Positions 28,618-38,975 of a DNA stretch of 64,000 bases are shown here, one piece after another. A program made the translations under genes and the position numbers. Within the stretch, counting starts at the first letter, position 1. The number at the start of each line of letters is the position of its first letter. Below the pieces are notes generated by a model, which was not told where the DNA came from, ran no database searches, and saw only the letters and a program-made list of their open reading frames with translations. The stretch comes from Fidelibacterota bacterium (lineage in GTDB: Bacteria; Fidelibacterota; Marinisomatia; SCGC-AAA003-L08; JACNLC01). The DNA is taken from contig JACNLC010000085.1 in NCBI GenBank assembly GCA_014381725.1, positions 12,569-76,568 of the forward strand, read 5' to 3'.

Positions 28618-30630
28618 ATGTTGAATAACAAAATAACAAAACTAATCAGTGCAATCTGTGTAATCTGTGGTTTGGTTAGCGGTTTGCTTTTTGCAACTAC
28701 AATAAACATCCCGGCAGATTACAGCACAATACAAGCCGGCTTAAACTCAGCAAGCGAAGGCGACACCGTGCAAGTCTCTGCAGGTACTTACTACGAAAAC
28801 ATCACTTGGCCTGCTACAAACAGCATACAACTAATTGGTAGCGGTGAAGAGGATTGCATTATTGATGGTGATTCTCTGGCAAGTGTGATACGCTTTACAA
28901 GCAGTAATATTGACACAACCACGCTCATAACTGGATTTTCAATACAAAACGGTTTTGCACAAGGAGATTATCCATATAATCATGGCGGCGGGATTTATTG
29001 CTCTTCTTCCAGTCCGAGTTTGGCGAATGTGACGATTTCTGGTAATTCGGCTGAAGGTGTTGGTGGTGGGATTTATTGCCGTAATTATTCCTGTCCGAGT
29101 TTTTCATCAGAGAATCGCTGTAATATCTATTCCAACACCATATCAAACAGCAGAGGAGCAGGTGCGGATATTTTTGCAAATAATTGTCCTGTCATTGATG
29201 TTATCGTAGATACATTCACGGTGTTGACTCCAACTGAATATCACGCATCACCTTTGGATAATTTCACATTTGATATTTTGAATTCGATTATTCCAGAAGA
29301 AGATCAAGTCAACGCAGACCTTTATGTTTCGCCGGATGGAGATAACAGCAATGATGGATTAACCGCAGAGACTCCGCTTAAAACGATTCAATATGCAACC
29401 AGCATCATTCTTGCAGACAGCACCAATCCGCATACGATTCATCTTGCGAATGGAATTTACAGTCCAAGCACCAACGGTGAGTATTTTCCTGTGGAAGTGA
29501 TAAACTATGTTTCGCTTGTAGGAGAATCTGAAGATGGTGTGATTTTAGATGCAGAAGGTGTTGCCGGAGTGATGAGATGTAGATATGTTACCTCTGCCAC
29601 AATTTCACATCTGACATTGACAAACGGTTCGGCTTCTTCCGGTGGCGGGATTTATTGCCGTGAATCTAGTCCGAGTTTAGCGAATGTGACGATAAGTGGC
29701 AATTCGGCTTCTGAATATGGTGGAGGGATTTATTGCGAAGAATCCAGTCCGAGTTTGGCGAATGTAACGATAAGTAATAATTCGGCTTCTGAATATGGTG
29801 GCGGGGTTTTTTGCTATAATAATTCCAGCCCTACTTTTGTGAATGTGACGATTAGTAATAATTCGGCTTCTTCTAATGGTGGCGGGATGTATTTGAATAA
29901 TTCCAGTCCGAGTTTGGTTGATGTGACCATAACGGCTAATTATGCTTCTTTTGGTGGCGGAATTTTTTGCTGGGACAATTCCAGCCCGAGTTTGGTTAAT
30001 TGTATTTTGTGGAATGATGCACCACAGGAGGTTTATTTTAATGTATATTCTGACCCAAATTCAATTATGATTGCATATTCTGATATTCAAGGTGGCGAAG
30101 CAGGAATTGTAACAAACGATAACGGCACAGTTAATTGGGAAGACGGCAATATAAATTTAGATCCGCTGTTTGTAGATGAAGAAAATGGAGATTTTCATCT
30201 TCAAGAAAGTTCGCCCTGCATAGATGCTGGCACAGCGTTTTTTGTGTTTGAAGGCGATACTTTAGTTGATATGAGCGAAGATGAATATGTTGGCTCAGCA
30301 CCAGATATGGGAGCGTTTGAGTATGGAGAAATTGCAGGAATTGAGGATGATTACGAATTATTAATAACGAATTACGAGTTAATGAGAGCATACCCAAATC
30401 CATTTAATCCGAGTACAACAATTAGCTATGCGGTAGAGTCAAACGGCCGTTTGTCTCTACAAATTTACAACATTACTGGTCAATTGGTAGAAACATTGGT
30501 AAACGAGCAAGTAGAAGCTGGTTATCATACAGTAGTTTGGAATGCAAATAATCAGCCGAGTGGAATTTATTTTGCTGTTCTGAGTATTGGTGGATTTTCA
30601 GAGACACAAAAACTACTTCTCTTGAAGTAA
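28618..30630 (+). CDS. Secreted right-handed beta-helix protein (DUF1565/Pmp-like GGGIYC repeats) with T9SS-type CTD
   Basis: IPADYSTIQAG, DLYVSPDGDNSNDG, tandem GGGIYCxxSSPSLANVTISxNSA units, DFHLQESSPCIDAG, YPNPFNP. Confidence 0.88.
   Translation: MLNNKITKLISAICVICGLVSGLLFATTINIPADYSTIQAGLNSASEGDTVQVSAGTYYENITWPATNSIQLIGSGEEDCIIDGDSLASVIRFTSSNIDTTTLITGFSIQNGFAQGDYPYNHGGGIYCSSSSPSLANVTISGNSAEGVGGGIYCRNYSCPSFSSENRCNIYSNTISNSRGAGADIFANNCPVIDVIVDTFTVLTPTEYHASPLDNFTFDILNSIIPEEDQVNADLYVSPDGDNSNDGLTAETPLKTIQYATSIILADSTNPHTIHLANGIYSPSTNGEYFPVEVINYVSLVGESEDGVILDAEGVAGVMRCRYVTSATISHLTLTNGSASSGGGIYCRESSPSLANVTISGNSASEYGGGIYCEESSPSLANVTISNNSASEYGGGVFCYNNSSPTFVNVTISNNSASSNGGGMYLNNSSPSLVDVTITANYASFGGGIFCWDNSSPSLVNCILWNDAPQEVYFNVYSDPNSIMIAYSDIQGGEAGIVTNDNGTVNWEDGNINLDPLFVDEENGDFHLQESSPCIDAGTAFFVFEGDTLVDMSEDEYVGSAPDMGAFEYGEIAGIEDDYELLITNYELMRAYPNPFNPSTTISYAVESNGRLSLQIYNITGQLVETLVNEQVEAGYHTVVWNANNQPSGIYFAVLSIGGFSETQKLLLLK
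29641..30006 (+). repeat. Tandem coding repeats of beta-helix rungs (about five units)
   Basis: Recurrent ggtggcgggatttattgc...tccagtccgagtttggcgaatgtgacg...aattcggcttct. Related units at about 28984-29100. Confidence 0.85.
30433..30460. repeat. REP-like palindrome copy 2 inside a CDS
   Basis: GTAGAGTCAAACGGCCGTTTGTCTCTAC (1 mismatch), read as VESNGRLSL(Q). Confidence 0.9.
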
Positions 30631-30687
30631 ATTATTTAAAATAGTTTTTCATAAATAGTTTCATAAATTAACTACCGAGTTAATAGT

Positions 30688-32898
30688 ATGGAAATCATAA
30701 AAAAGACTTTTCGAATTGATGGGATGCACTGTGCAGGTTGTGTTGCAAATGTAGAGAAAACACTTAATTCTGTAAATGGCATTATCGATGCATCCGCAAA
30801 CCTTACATTGGAAAATGTTTCAATAGAATATTCTGATAAAAACGCTATCAATTCTGCAGTATCTGCTATTGAGCATATTGGATTTCAACTGATTTTAGAT
30901 AAAAAAGACATACCACCAGCTGAGAAAAAGCAAAAAGAAATTAGTCAATGGAAAACCAAGTTCCTACAAATGGCAGTATTTGGAATTCCCTTACTATTTT
31001 TTGCAATGTGGGAGATGGTTTTTCAAGGAATAGTCTCTAAAAATACATCAATAATTATTCAATTTCCACTTGCAACGGTATTGGTTTTTCTCGGTAGGAA
31101 TTACTATGTAATTGGATTCAAATCATTGCTTAGATTAGTTCCCAATATGGACAGCTTAATAGCTTTGGGAACAAGTGCCGCATATTTATACTCTATTATT
31201 TCTTCAATTAATCTTATTGGAGAATTCGGGATTTCAGGATTTGAAAAACTCTATTTTGAAAGTGCAGGAGTAATCTTATTATTTATAACCTTGGGACGAT
31301 TTCTCGAAGCAAAAGCAAAGGGAAAAACTACAGAAGCACTTTCAAAGTTATTTGAAACCGCTCCAAAAACAGGATGGATTAACAATAATAGTGACTGGAT
31401 TGAAATCCCCGTTGAGGAGATTAAGATTGGCGATACTATAATGGTCAAACCTGGCGGACAAATTCCAGTTGACGGAACCGTTATTGAAGGTTTGTCTTTT
31501 GTTGATGAATCGGCAATTACAGGGGAATCAAATCCTGTGAAAAAAGAGAAGAATGATAAAGTAATCGGTGCAACAATCAATACATCCGGAATGATCATAT
31601 TCGTAGCTGAAAAAGTAGGCAGTGATACAGTATTTTCCAATATTATCAAATTAGTTAAAGAAGCACAATCATCTAAAGCACCAATTCAAACTTTAGCAGA
31701 TAAAATAGCCGGAATTTTTGTTCCAATAGTTTTATTATTAGCAGTTATAAGTTCCGTGGGGTGGTTAGCGTTGGGGCAACCACTTGTATTTTCTCTAAAC
31801 ATTTTTGTATCAGTTTTGATTATTGCTTGTCCTTGTGCTTTAGGTTTGGCTACACCAACAGCTGTAGTGGTTGGAATGGGTTTATCAGCACAAAATGGTA
31901 TTCATTTTAAATCCGCTGAATCTTTGCAATATTTAAGCAAAACTGGTATAGTTGTTTTTGACAAAACCGGGACCCTAACCAAAGGCGAGATAGTAATCAC
32001 AGATATTAAAACATCAATTGACAAAAAAGAATTTTATTCGTTACTATACTCAATAGAAATACCCTCTGAACACCATTTAGGCAAAGCTATTGTCAACCAT
32101 ATTTCCAAAGGTGAAGAATTTGATGAATATTCTGTAAATTCTTTTAAAGCTATATTAGGAAAAGGTGTAAAAGGAATAATTAATAACAGCGAAATTATTG
32201 TTGGGAATTTGACATTTATTAATGAAACAATAAACCAGTTATCGGATGATATTTTAGACTTGGACGATCGACTTAAAAATCAGGGAAAAACAGTAATCCA
32301 CATTGCAAGCAACGATGAATGGCTTGGGCTCGTTGGGTTATCAGATGAAATTAGAATTGAAGCAGAACAGACAATTTATGAGCTCCAAAAAAATGGAGTT
32401 GATTTGTGGATGATTACTGGCGACAATCACAAAACTGCCGAACATGTAGGGAAAACTATAGGAATTAAAAATATACTATCTGAGATTCTGCCAAATGAAA
32501 AATCAACACAAATTACTCAACTTAAAAAAAATGGTAATCTTGTAGCAATGGTGGGAGATGGAATAAATGATGCTCCGGCACTAGCTTCGGCGAATATTGG
32601 AATTGCTTTAAGTTCTGGTACAGATGTAGCAATAGAAACTGCTGATATTGTATTAATGAGATCCGACCTTTCTTTGGTTAAAGGAGCAATGAAAATCAGT
32701 AAAAAAGTTGTTAGTAAAATTAAACAAAATTTGTTTTGGGCATTTATTTATAATGTTGTTGGAATTCCAGTTGCTATGGGAATTTTGTATCCTATAAATG
32801 GTTATTTACTAAATCCAATGATTGCCGGAATTGCAATGGCGTTTTCTTCTGTTAGTGTTGTGAGCAATACATTACTTTTGAAAAGAATGAAGATGTAA
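30688..32898 (+). CDS. copA: Cu(I)-type P1B ATPase
   Basis: GMHCAGC, TGES, CPCALGLATP, DKTGT, GDGINDAPAL, YN...MAFSS. Confidence 0.93.
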   Translation: MEIIKKTFRIDGMHCAGCVANVEKTLNSVNGIIDASANLTLENVSIEYSDKNAINSAVSAIEHIGFQLILDKKDIPPAEKKQKEISQWKTKFLQMAVFGIPLLFFAMWEMVFQGIVSKNTSIIIQFPLATVLVFLGRNYYVIGFKSLLRLVPNMDSLIALGTSAAYLYSIISSINLIGEFGISGFEKLYFESAGVILLFITLGRFLEAKAKGKTTEALSKLFETAPKTGWINNNSDWIEIPVEEIKIGDTIMVKPGGQIPVDGTVIEGLSFVDESAITGESNPVKKEKNDKVIGATINTSGMIIFVAEKVGSDTVFSNIIKLVKEAQSSKAPIQTLADKIAGIFVPIVLLLAVISSVGWLALGQPLVFSLNIFVSVLIIACPCALGLATPTAVVVGMGLSAQNGIHFKSAESLQYLSKTGIVVFDKTGTLTKGEIVITDIKTSIDKKEFYSLLYSIEIPSEHHLGKAIVNHISKGEEFDEYSVNSFKAILGKGVKGIINNSEIIVGNLTFINETINQLSDDILDLDDRLKNQGKTVIHIASNDEWLGLVGLSDEIRIEAEQTIYELQKNGVDLWMITGDNHKTAEHVGKTIGIKNILSEILPNEKSTQITQLKKNGNLVAMVGDGINDAPALASANIGIALSSGTDVAIETADIVLMRSDLSLVKGAMKISKKVVSKIKQNLFWAFIYNVVGIPVAMGILYPINGYLLNPMIAGIAMAFSSVSVVSNTLLLKRMKM

Positions 32899-32972
32899 TA
32901 TTGTTTCAACAAAGTAGTTCCGAACTTTAGGAATTAGTGCACTTGCTTGCTCGAACCGACTCCCCACATTCT

Positions 32973-34961
32973 TCACTTTCCCCAAATCAATGGAGATTCT
33001 ATTACCTCGTGATTGCCTTTGGTGATATTTCTACCATTCTCGAAAACTAGGTAACCGTATTTTCCGTAGTGTGGAATTTTACGCGCTAAAGGAATAAGTT
33101 CTCGCTGATTGGACGAATAGAACAACAACCCTGATTTACCATTATTTTGTTTAAATGCCCAAACAAAACTGTGGTCGTCGGAAGTCATAGATTGTTTGTA
33201 AATCTCCAATGAACCATTCGATTTAAGATGTTTCAATTTCGCTGGAATTACACCTAAATAAATTAGGGGTATCTCCGGAATTTCATCTGTTGTAAGAAAC
33301 AATTGTAATATATTTTCTTCGTTGATATGTCCGTTAAATGACCGCGCAAGTTCTGTCCATTCATCTGATTTCTCTGGAACAACAAATCCAAATTCAGGTT
33401 CACCTAACAAATGTCTAATAGTCATATCCATTTCGGAATCATCCAAAGTTCGCATAAGATGGTAATTTGGGTCTATTACTACTTTTTCAACTTCGTGATT
33501 TAAATCCAATTTAGTTAACTCAGAATCAAGAAAGATTTTCGATAAGTTTGTGTTTTCTTTTTCAAAAGTTAATACTTCAACAAACATCGGTTTAATACTA
33601 CCTATTTGTTTGACATAAAAATCATCACTTTCTTTAATTAACTCTAATTTAGGATTTCCCTTTTCATCAATCCACTTTTGTTTCAATTTAGTTAAATCAT
33701 TGCCACTTATTTCTTCGAAAGCATTGAAAAATTCGTCATAACCAGTTTTCTGCCATTGATGTTTTTTTATAACTAATTTTAGAGCTTCTATAAATTTGTC
33801 TTGACCAAGATATTCTTCAATCATATGAAAAATCATAGCTACTTTCCCGTAACCAATTGCACGAGATGACATATCAGTTCTGCTTATAAAATCTGCTGGA
33901 GCAAAATCATTTTCAACTGTAGTATAGATTGAATAATCTTTCAACAAATTCTTGCGATACTGTTCTGCATCATTTTTTGATTTTTGCAATTTATATAAAT
34001 AATCTGCTTGATATGATGTTAGTCCCTCGCACCAATTACCGCCATCTCCGACATACACAGAATTACCCCACCAATTGTGCAAAACTTCGTGTCCGAGTGA
34101 TGTATAAACAATAAACGGCAAATGAATAACCGACCGCCCCAAAACAGTATAAGATGGCATTCCATATCCAGTTGGAAAAAAGTTCTCCACAACCGCAAAT
34201 TTTGAGAATGGATAAGGTGATAACATTTCAGAATACATTTGCACAAATTCTATACTTTTATTCAGATAATCTATTGCCAATGATGAATCTTCAGGGAAGA
34301 AATAGGTGTAAAACTCTATATCATTTACAACTTTTTTGCTGATGACCCACTCTGCTGCAGTTACAAAAATCCCATCTACTTTGTGCAGTGTTTCAAACTC
34401 AGATAATGTAATATCCAACATAAAATTTGTTTTACCTTGATGGATTAATTTCCCTTCAGAAACTGCACTCCATTTTTTGGGAAGATAAATTTTAGTATGG
34501 AAAGTTAGCAAGTCCTCATCTGCCATTGGATAATATCCAGCAGATGGCGACAAAAATACGCCTTGTTCAGAAATTGTTGCGTCAATTTCCATCGCAATTT
34601 TTTCGCGACTGAATGTTGATGATTCTGTATCCTGCAACATCACACCTGAATAATTAACAGAAATATCAGCAGTTTTGGATTCCATCATTTTTCGTTGGAT
34701 AACAATTAGATTCAATCCAACATTTTTATCAAATACTTGTTCAAATTCTCGTGTTCTCCCATTGATAGTTAAGGAATGAATTTCAAGTATATCGGATAAA
34801 TAAAATTCGAAATTACCATCAGAAGTAATCTCAAATGTATCTTCAGCAGTTAATTTATTTGATGCTGGATTAATATTCATCAAAATATCGTGATGAGTAA
34901 TAATTGATTCTGAAAATAGAAATCGAATTCCAACTACCAATACTAAAACTAATTTATTCAT
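32973..34961 (-). CDS. M1 family aminopeptidase-like protein
   Basis: GYGMP, HEVLHNWWG...EGL. Signal-like N-terminus from ATG 34961. Confidence 0.85.
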   Translation of the reverse strand: MNKLVLVLVVGIRFLFSESIITHHDILMNINPASNKLTAEDTFEITSDGNFEFYLSDILEIHSLTINGRTREFEQVFDKNVGLNLIVIQRKMMESKTADISVNYSGVMLQDTESSTFSREKIAMEIDATISEQGVFLSPSAGYYPMADEDLLTFHTKIYLPKKWSAVSEGKLIHQGKTNFMLDITLSEFETLHKVDGIFVTAAEWVISKKVVNDIEFYTYFFPEDSSLAIDYLNKSIEFVQMYSEMLSPYPFSKFAVVENFFPTGYGMPSYTVLGRSVIHLPFIVYTSLGHEVLHNWWGNSVYVGDGGNWCEGLTSYQADYLYKLQKSKNDAEQYRKNLLKDYSIYTTVENDFAPADFISRTDMSSRAIGYGKVAMIFHMIEEYLGQDKFIEALKLVIKKHQWQKTGYDEFFNAFEEISGNDLTKLKQKWIDEKGNPKLELIKESDDFYVKQIGSIKPMFVEVLTFEKENTNLSKIFLDSELTKLDLNHEVEKVVIDPNYHLMRTLDDSEMDMTIRHLLGEPEFGFVVPEKSDEWTELARSFNGHINEENILQLFLTTDEIPEIPLIYLGVIPAKLKHLKSNGSLEIYKQSMTSDDHSFVWAFKQNNGKSGLLFYSSNQRELIPLARKIPHYGKYGYLVFENGRNITKGNHEVIESPLIWGK

Positions 34962-35015
34962 ATTTTTCCTTTTTCTCTCACGCAAATGCAGAAAGCGTTT
35001 TGTGTAAAATATCAA

Positions 35016-37634
35016 TTATTTGACAATCACTAGGGTGTGATTTTCTGGAAATTGTAGATATTTCTCAGCTACTTTTTGGATATCTTCAACTGTAATCTTT
35101 TCATATTTTTCAAAGCGGTTAAGTGCTTTTTGATAATCGTCAGAATAAAACTCAAAATATCCCATATAAAATGCTTGACCAATCCGAGTGAGATTTCTCA
35201 TCATATAATGACCTTTACTCGAGTTAATAGTTTTTTCGATTTCGTTTTGTGAAATATCCAATAATTTATCCGGATTAAAATACGATTTCATTCCGTTAGT
35301 GGCTATGTCAATATTTTCGATTCCTGTTCCAATTGATGCTGTCAGCCAACCAATATTACCTTCGTAACCGTCTGACATTCCCAACGAATACGCCAATCCC
35401 TGAGTTTCTCGTAAATCAAACATCATACGATACGATAGTAAATCTGTCATTAACGAAAATGTCGGTTTATCGTCTTTCTCAATTTCAAATTTATATCCCA
35501 ATCTAATCTGAGCTTGTTCCTTGCTCATATCAATTATTTTCTCACTAAAGTCAGTTGATAGTTCTACACCAGAATCAAATTTCTTTGTTGGTTCAGCAAC
35601 TTTTGTCCAAATTGAGTTAAAAATGTTAGTTAGTTCAGAATGAGAAATTCCTGATGAAATCGAAATGATATAATTCTCAGGTAAAAAATATCTTTTTTGT
35701 AGCGATGTTAAATTGTCAATATTCATCATTGATACAGCTTCCATCGTGCCACTAACTTTCCCTATTGAGGGATGATTGTTGCCAAGAAATAACCTCCAAA
35801 ACTCTTTTGATGCAGTTTCTCTTGCGGTGCTTTGTTGCATCCCCAATCTCATTCTTGCATTTGAAATTCCTTCACCAATATTCTCTTCTGCCAAAATTGT
35901 GTTGGATAGCATATGGGTCAATAATTTTATTCCTTCTTCTGCATCTTTTTCCAAACATTCAAATCGGATATAACCAAATTCCGGTGAATTGTAATAATTA
36001 TCGTATGGAATAAATCCCATATCCTTGAATTTTATTTTAGCACCAATGGTTTGCAATTTCTTTTGAAGTTCTTCGGCTGAATATTCATCAGTTCCGGATT
36101 CCAACAACGAATGTAAGATTTCCGCTCCACCGGAAAGAGGTCCTTCGATTACATTTCTGTTCTTGATTAAAATGTGCATCCCAAACATTTCTGAACCACC
36201 ACCAGATGCAGTTACTAAAGTCACCCCAGACGGCAGTACCGTTTTATCATAAACTAACTTAGTATCCTTTGTGTCTTTTGTGGTAAGTCCTTTCGGGAAT
36301 ACAAAGTTATAATGCCGATTTGAGATTAATAACTTTTCGCCGGCTTCAATTATTTGTAAAGGATTTAACTCGCGAATGTTTTGCAGTTTTGACAACACAA
36401 ATTCCCCGCCACCCATTGCCAATTCCGGTGCTTTCATCATAGGATAATAATGCAGTTGGTCGAGTAACGATGCTTCTTCTACAATCATTTCATTCACTTT
36501 AAGTGATATCATTTCTGCAGTAATTATCGTTGATAATCTCTGTTGGATTAATGAAAGTTCATCGTCAAATTTTACTAAAATATCCGATGGATTTTCTTCG
36601 GCAGAAGCTGTAAAATCAATAATCACTTTCCCAAAAGATGGATAATTAGTGTAAGAAACATAAGGGCTGTAATCACCAAGAGTTGTATTAAGTTCTTCGG
36701 TTAATACATCTATCAAAAACTCCGTTTCTAAGGAATATTGTTTTGAAAATGCAGGGGCATCAAAAACTATTTGTCCGTGAATCCGGTCTGTTTCAAAATT
36801 CGTTTGGTTGACAGTCATAGATGGAGCGAAACTAACAGGTTGATAGAATTCTACAGGCATAGGTTGATATTGGCCATAATTATTTTCTAACATCAATTTC
36901 AATTGAGTTTCATCAAAACTACCAATAACTGTTAACAGCATATTGTTTGGGACATAATGGTTTTTAAAAAAATCATATACATCGTCTCTGTTGAGATTTT
37001 CTATCGTATTTGGAGTCCCAAGAGTTGGCAGTCCAACACCTGAATCACCAAAATTCTTTCTGTCAAAATAATTCTGGATTTCATATTCGTTTCTGTCTCT
37101 GTCTTTGCGGATTTCTTCAATTACAATGCCGCGTTCTTTCTCAAATTTCTCTTCCGGGATTATCGAATTAAACAGCATATCGGATTGGACATCCATCCCA
37201 TTTTCAAGATATTCAGATGGCATTAGCAAAAAATAATCAGTGAAGAATTTTCCTGTAAATGCGTTTGAATACATTCCATAGAAATCAGTTTCTTCATAGA
37301 GTTCATCTTGAGTTCTTTGTTCAGTTCCATTAAACAGTAGATGCTCAAGCATATGAGACATTCCCGAAGTGCTATAATTTTCGTAAGCTGAACCAACTCT
37401 AACGGACATATTCAAACAAACCATCGGAGAAGCATCGTTCTGAATCGCCAAAACTTCCATCCCATTTTCGAGATAAAATGTTTGAGTATTCTGTGGAAAT
37501 TGTGTTACACTAGGAACTTCAATCTCAGAATTTAACATTTGTTTATTGTGAGTGTTATGTTTGCAAATTGCTTGTTTGTGATGCGCACATCCAAATAGTG
37601 AAATGATTGATATTATTAAAATTATTTTCTTCAT
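35016..37634 (-). CDS. M16 (pitrilysin/insulinase) family zinc peptidase, lipoprotein
   Basis: Lipobox LFGC, HMLEH, EKERGIVIEE, LRETQGLAY. Confidence 0.9.
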   Translation of the reverse strand: MKKIILIISIISLFGCAHHKQAICKHNTHNKQMLNSEIEVPSVTQFPQNTQTFYLENGMEVLAIQNDASPMVCLNMSVRVGSAYENYSTSGMSHMLEHLLFNGTEQRTQDELYEETDFYGMYSNAFTGKFFTDYFLLMPSEYLENGMDVQSDMLFNSIIPEEKFEKERGIVIEEIRKDRDRNEYEIQNYFDRKNFGDSGVGLPTLGTPNTIENLNRDDVYDFFKNHYVPNNMLLTVIGSFDETQLKLMLENNYGQYQPMPVEFYQPVSFAPSMTVNQTNFETDRIHGQIVFDAPAFSKQYSLETEFLIDVLTEELNTTLGDYSPYVSYTNYPSFGKVIIDFTASAEENPSDILVKFDDELSLIQQRLSTIITAEMISLKVNEMIVEEASLLDQLHYYPMMKAPELAMGGGEFVLSKLQNIRELNPLQIIEAGEKLLISNRHYNFVFPKGLTTKDTKDTKLVYDKTVLPSGVTLVTASGGGSEMFGMHILIKNRNVIEGPLSGGAEILHSLLESGTDEYSAEELQKKLQTIGAKIKFKDMGFIPYDNYYNSPEFGYIRFECLEKDAEEGIKLLTHMLSNTILAEENIGEGISNARMRLGMQQSTARETASKEFWRLFLGNNHPSIGKVSGTMEAVSMMNIDNLTSLQKRYFLPENYIISISSGISHSELTNIFNSIWTKVAEPTKKFDSGVELSTDFSEKIIDMSKEQAQIRLGYKFEIEKDDKPTFSLMTDLLSYRMMFDLRETQGLAYSLGMSDGYEGNIGWLTASIGTGIENIDIATNGMKSYFNPDKLLDISQNEIEKTINSSKGHYMMRNLTRIGQAFYMGYFEFYSDDYQKALNRFEKYEKITVEDIQKVAEKYLQFPENHTLVIVK

Positions 37635-37681
37635 TTGTTTTCCTTTTTCATATCTAATCTGTTTTTAGCAGTGTACAATTT

Positions 37682-38974
37682 CTATTTTCCAGAAACTGTT
37701 AATCCACTAAACTGAATCCACGGGATTATTGATGTTCCATCATTTGTTCGTTCAGAAGAAATGTTTTTGATGTTCATAAACATTTTTGCGATATTACCTG
37801 AAACCATCGTTTCGGAAATCGGGAATTTCACTTTTCCATTCTCAATGTAGTAACTATTTTTAGCAACTCCAGAGAAATCTCCATTTTCACTCGGATTCCC
37901 ACCTGAAAATCGTGCCATTAAAATTCCCTGTTTCACAGATTTAATTAAATCGTCTAGTGATTTGTCTCCTGCATCAATTACGAACGCACCACCACTATTT
38001 ACAGCTTTTTCTAAACCAGTTTTGTTTGAACCATATAGTCCAAGCAAAAATGTTTTCAGTTCGCCTTTATCAATAACTGTACTGTTTTTTGTTTCGTATC
38101 CATCCGAAGTTACAAAATACCCGACTTCAATATCATTTGATACTGGTCTGCAATGTATGGATAGCTTTTTGTCAGCAATCTGCTCATTTAGTTTATCTTT
38201 ATAAATGGATGTTCCGGAGATGAGTGGATAATCACTAATCATAGATTCAAATGCAGAAACAAAATCACCAAAACATTCTGGTGTGATGATTACATCGCCT
38301 ACAAATTTCTCAGGGATTTGTTGAGTTGTAATTTGTTCTTCTGACTGTTTCATTAATAATTCTATGTTCGCATATTCGTGTAGTGATTTAGCAAGTTCTA
38401 TTGATGAAAATCCCGCATAATTAAATGATGAAGTATTCTTGCCATCTTTAGAAGTAAACATCGGGCCAAATCCATACACCCCCTTGTTAATTGTAAAATC
38501 AATACCATTTGAGTTCATCAAAATAGTTTGAGCATAACTAAAATCTAAAATTGCTTGTTCCAAAATTACTTTCGGATATTTGTTATTGGTAAATTCCACA
38601 AATTCTTTTAGTCGAGAATACATTAAATCTAAATTTGGTTCTTTTGATCCTAAATTAAAAGTCTTAGCTGGTTGGAATTCAGAAATGTCGTTTGCTGTGT
38701 CGGGCTTGGTTGAGTTAGTAATATCCATCAATTCAACTATCGCTTGGTCAATAGATTCTTTGTCTAATTTATTTAAACTTATATTTCCCTTTTTATTTTC
38801 TTTGATAGCTTTTAGTGAAAGATTTCTATTAAATGTCGTTCTAAACAAACTTAATTCACCAGCATCAACATTGAGCTCATTTTTGGAGCCCACAGAAAGA
38901 GAGCAACTTACTTTATCTGCACCAGCTTTGATAATTTCATCAATACAATATTTTACAATTTCTCGATTCGTCAT
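37682..38974 (-). CDS. TldE/PmbA family protein (pair 2)
   Basis: NGDFSG...YYIENGKVKFPISETMVSGN, no HExxxH. Start at ATG 38974 just after the tldD stop. Confidence 0.88.
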   Translation of the reverse strand: MTNREIVKYCIDEIIKAGADKVSCSLSVGSKNELNVDAGELSLFRTTFNRNLSLKAIKENKKGNISLNKLDKESIDQAIVELMDITNSTKPDTANDISEFQPAKTFNLGSKEPNLDLMYSRLKEFVEFTNNKYPKVILEQAILDFSYAQTILMNSNGIDFTINKGVYGFGPMFTSKDGKNTSSFNYAGFSSIELAKSLHEYANIELLMKQSEEQITTQQIPEKFVGDVIITPECFGDFVSAFESMISDYPLISGTSIYKDKLNEQIADKKLSIHCRPVSNDIEVGYFVTSDGYETKNSTVIDKGELKTFLLGLYGSNKTGLEKAVNSGGAFVIDAGDKSLDDLIKSVKQGILMARFSGGNPSENGDFSGVAKNSYYIENGKVKFPISETMVSGNIAKMFMNIKNISSERTNDGTSIIPWIQFSGLTVSGK

Positions 38975-38975
38975 T

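Noticed and set aside
29641..30006. Regularly spaced repeats as a CRISPR array
   Set aside because: They are in-frame beta-helix coding repeats with codon-type variation, and there are no cas genes.
28125..30546. 115-bp CTD repeat as a DGR TR/VR pair or IS ends
   Set aside because: Both copies are coding, there are only 3 mixed mismatches, and there is no RT, transposase or target duplication.
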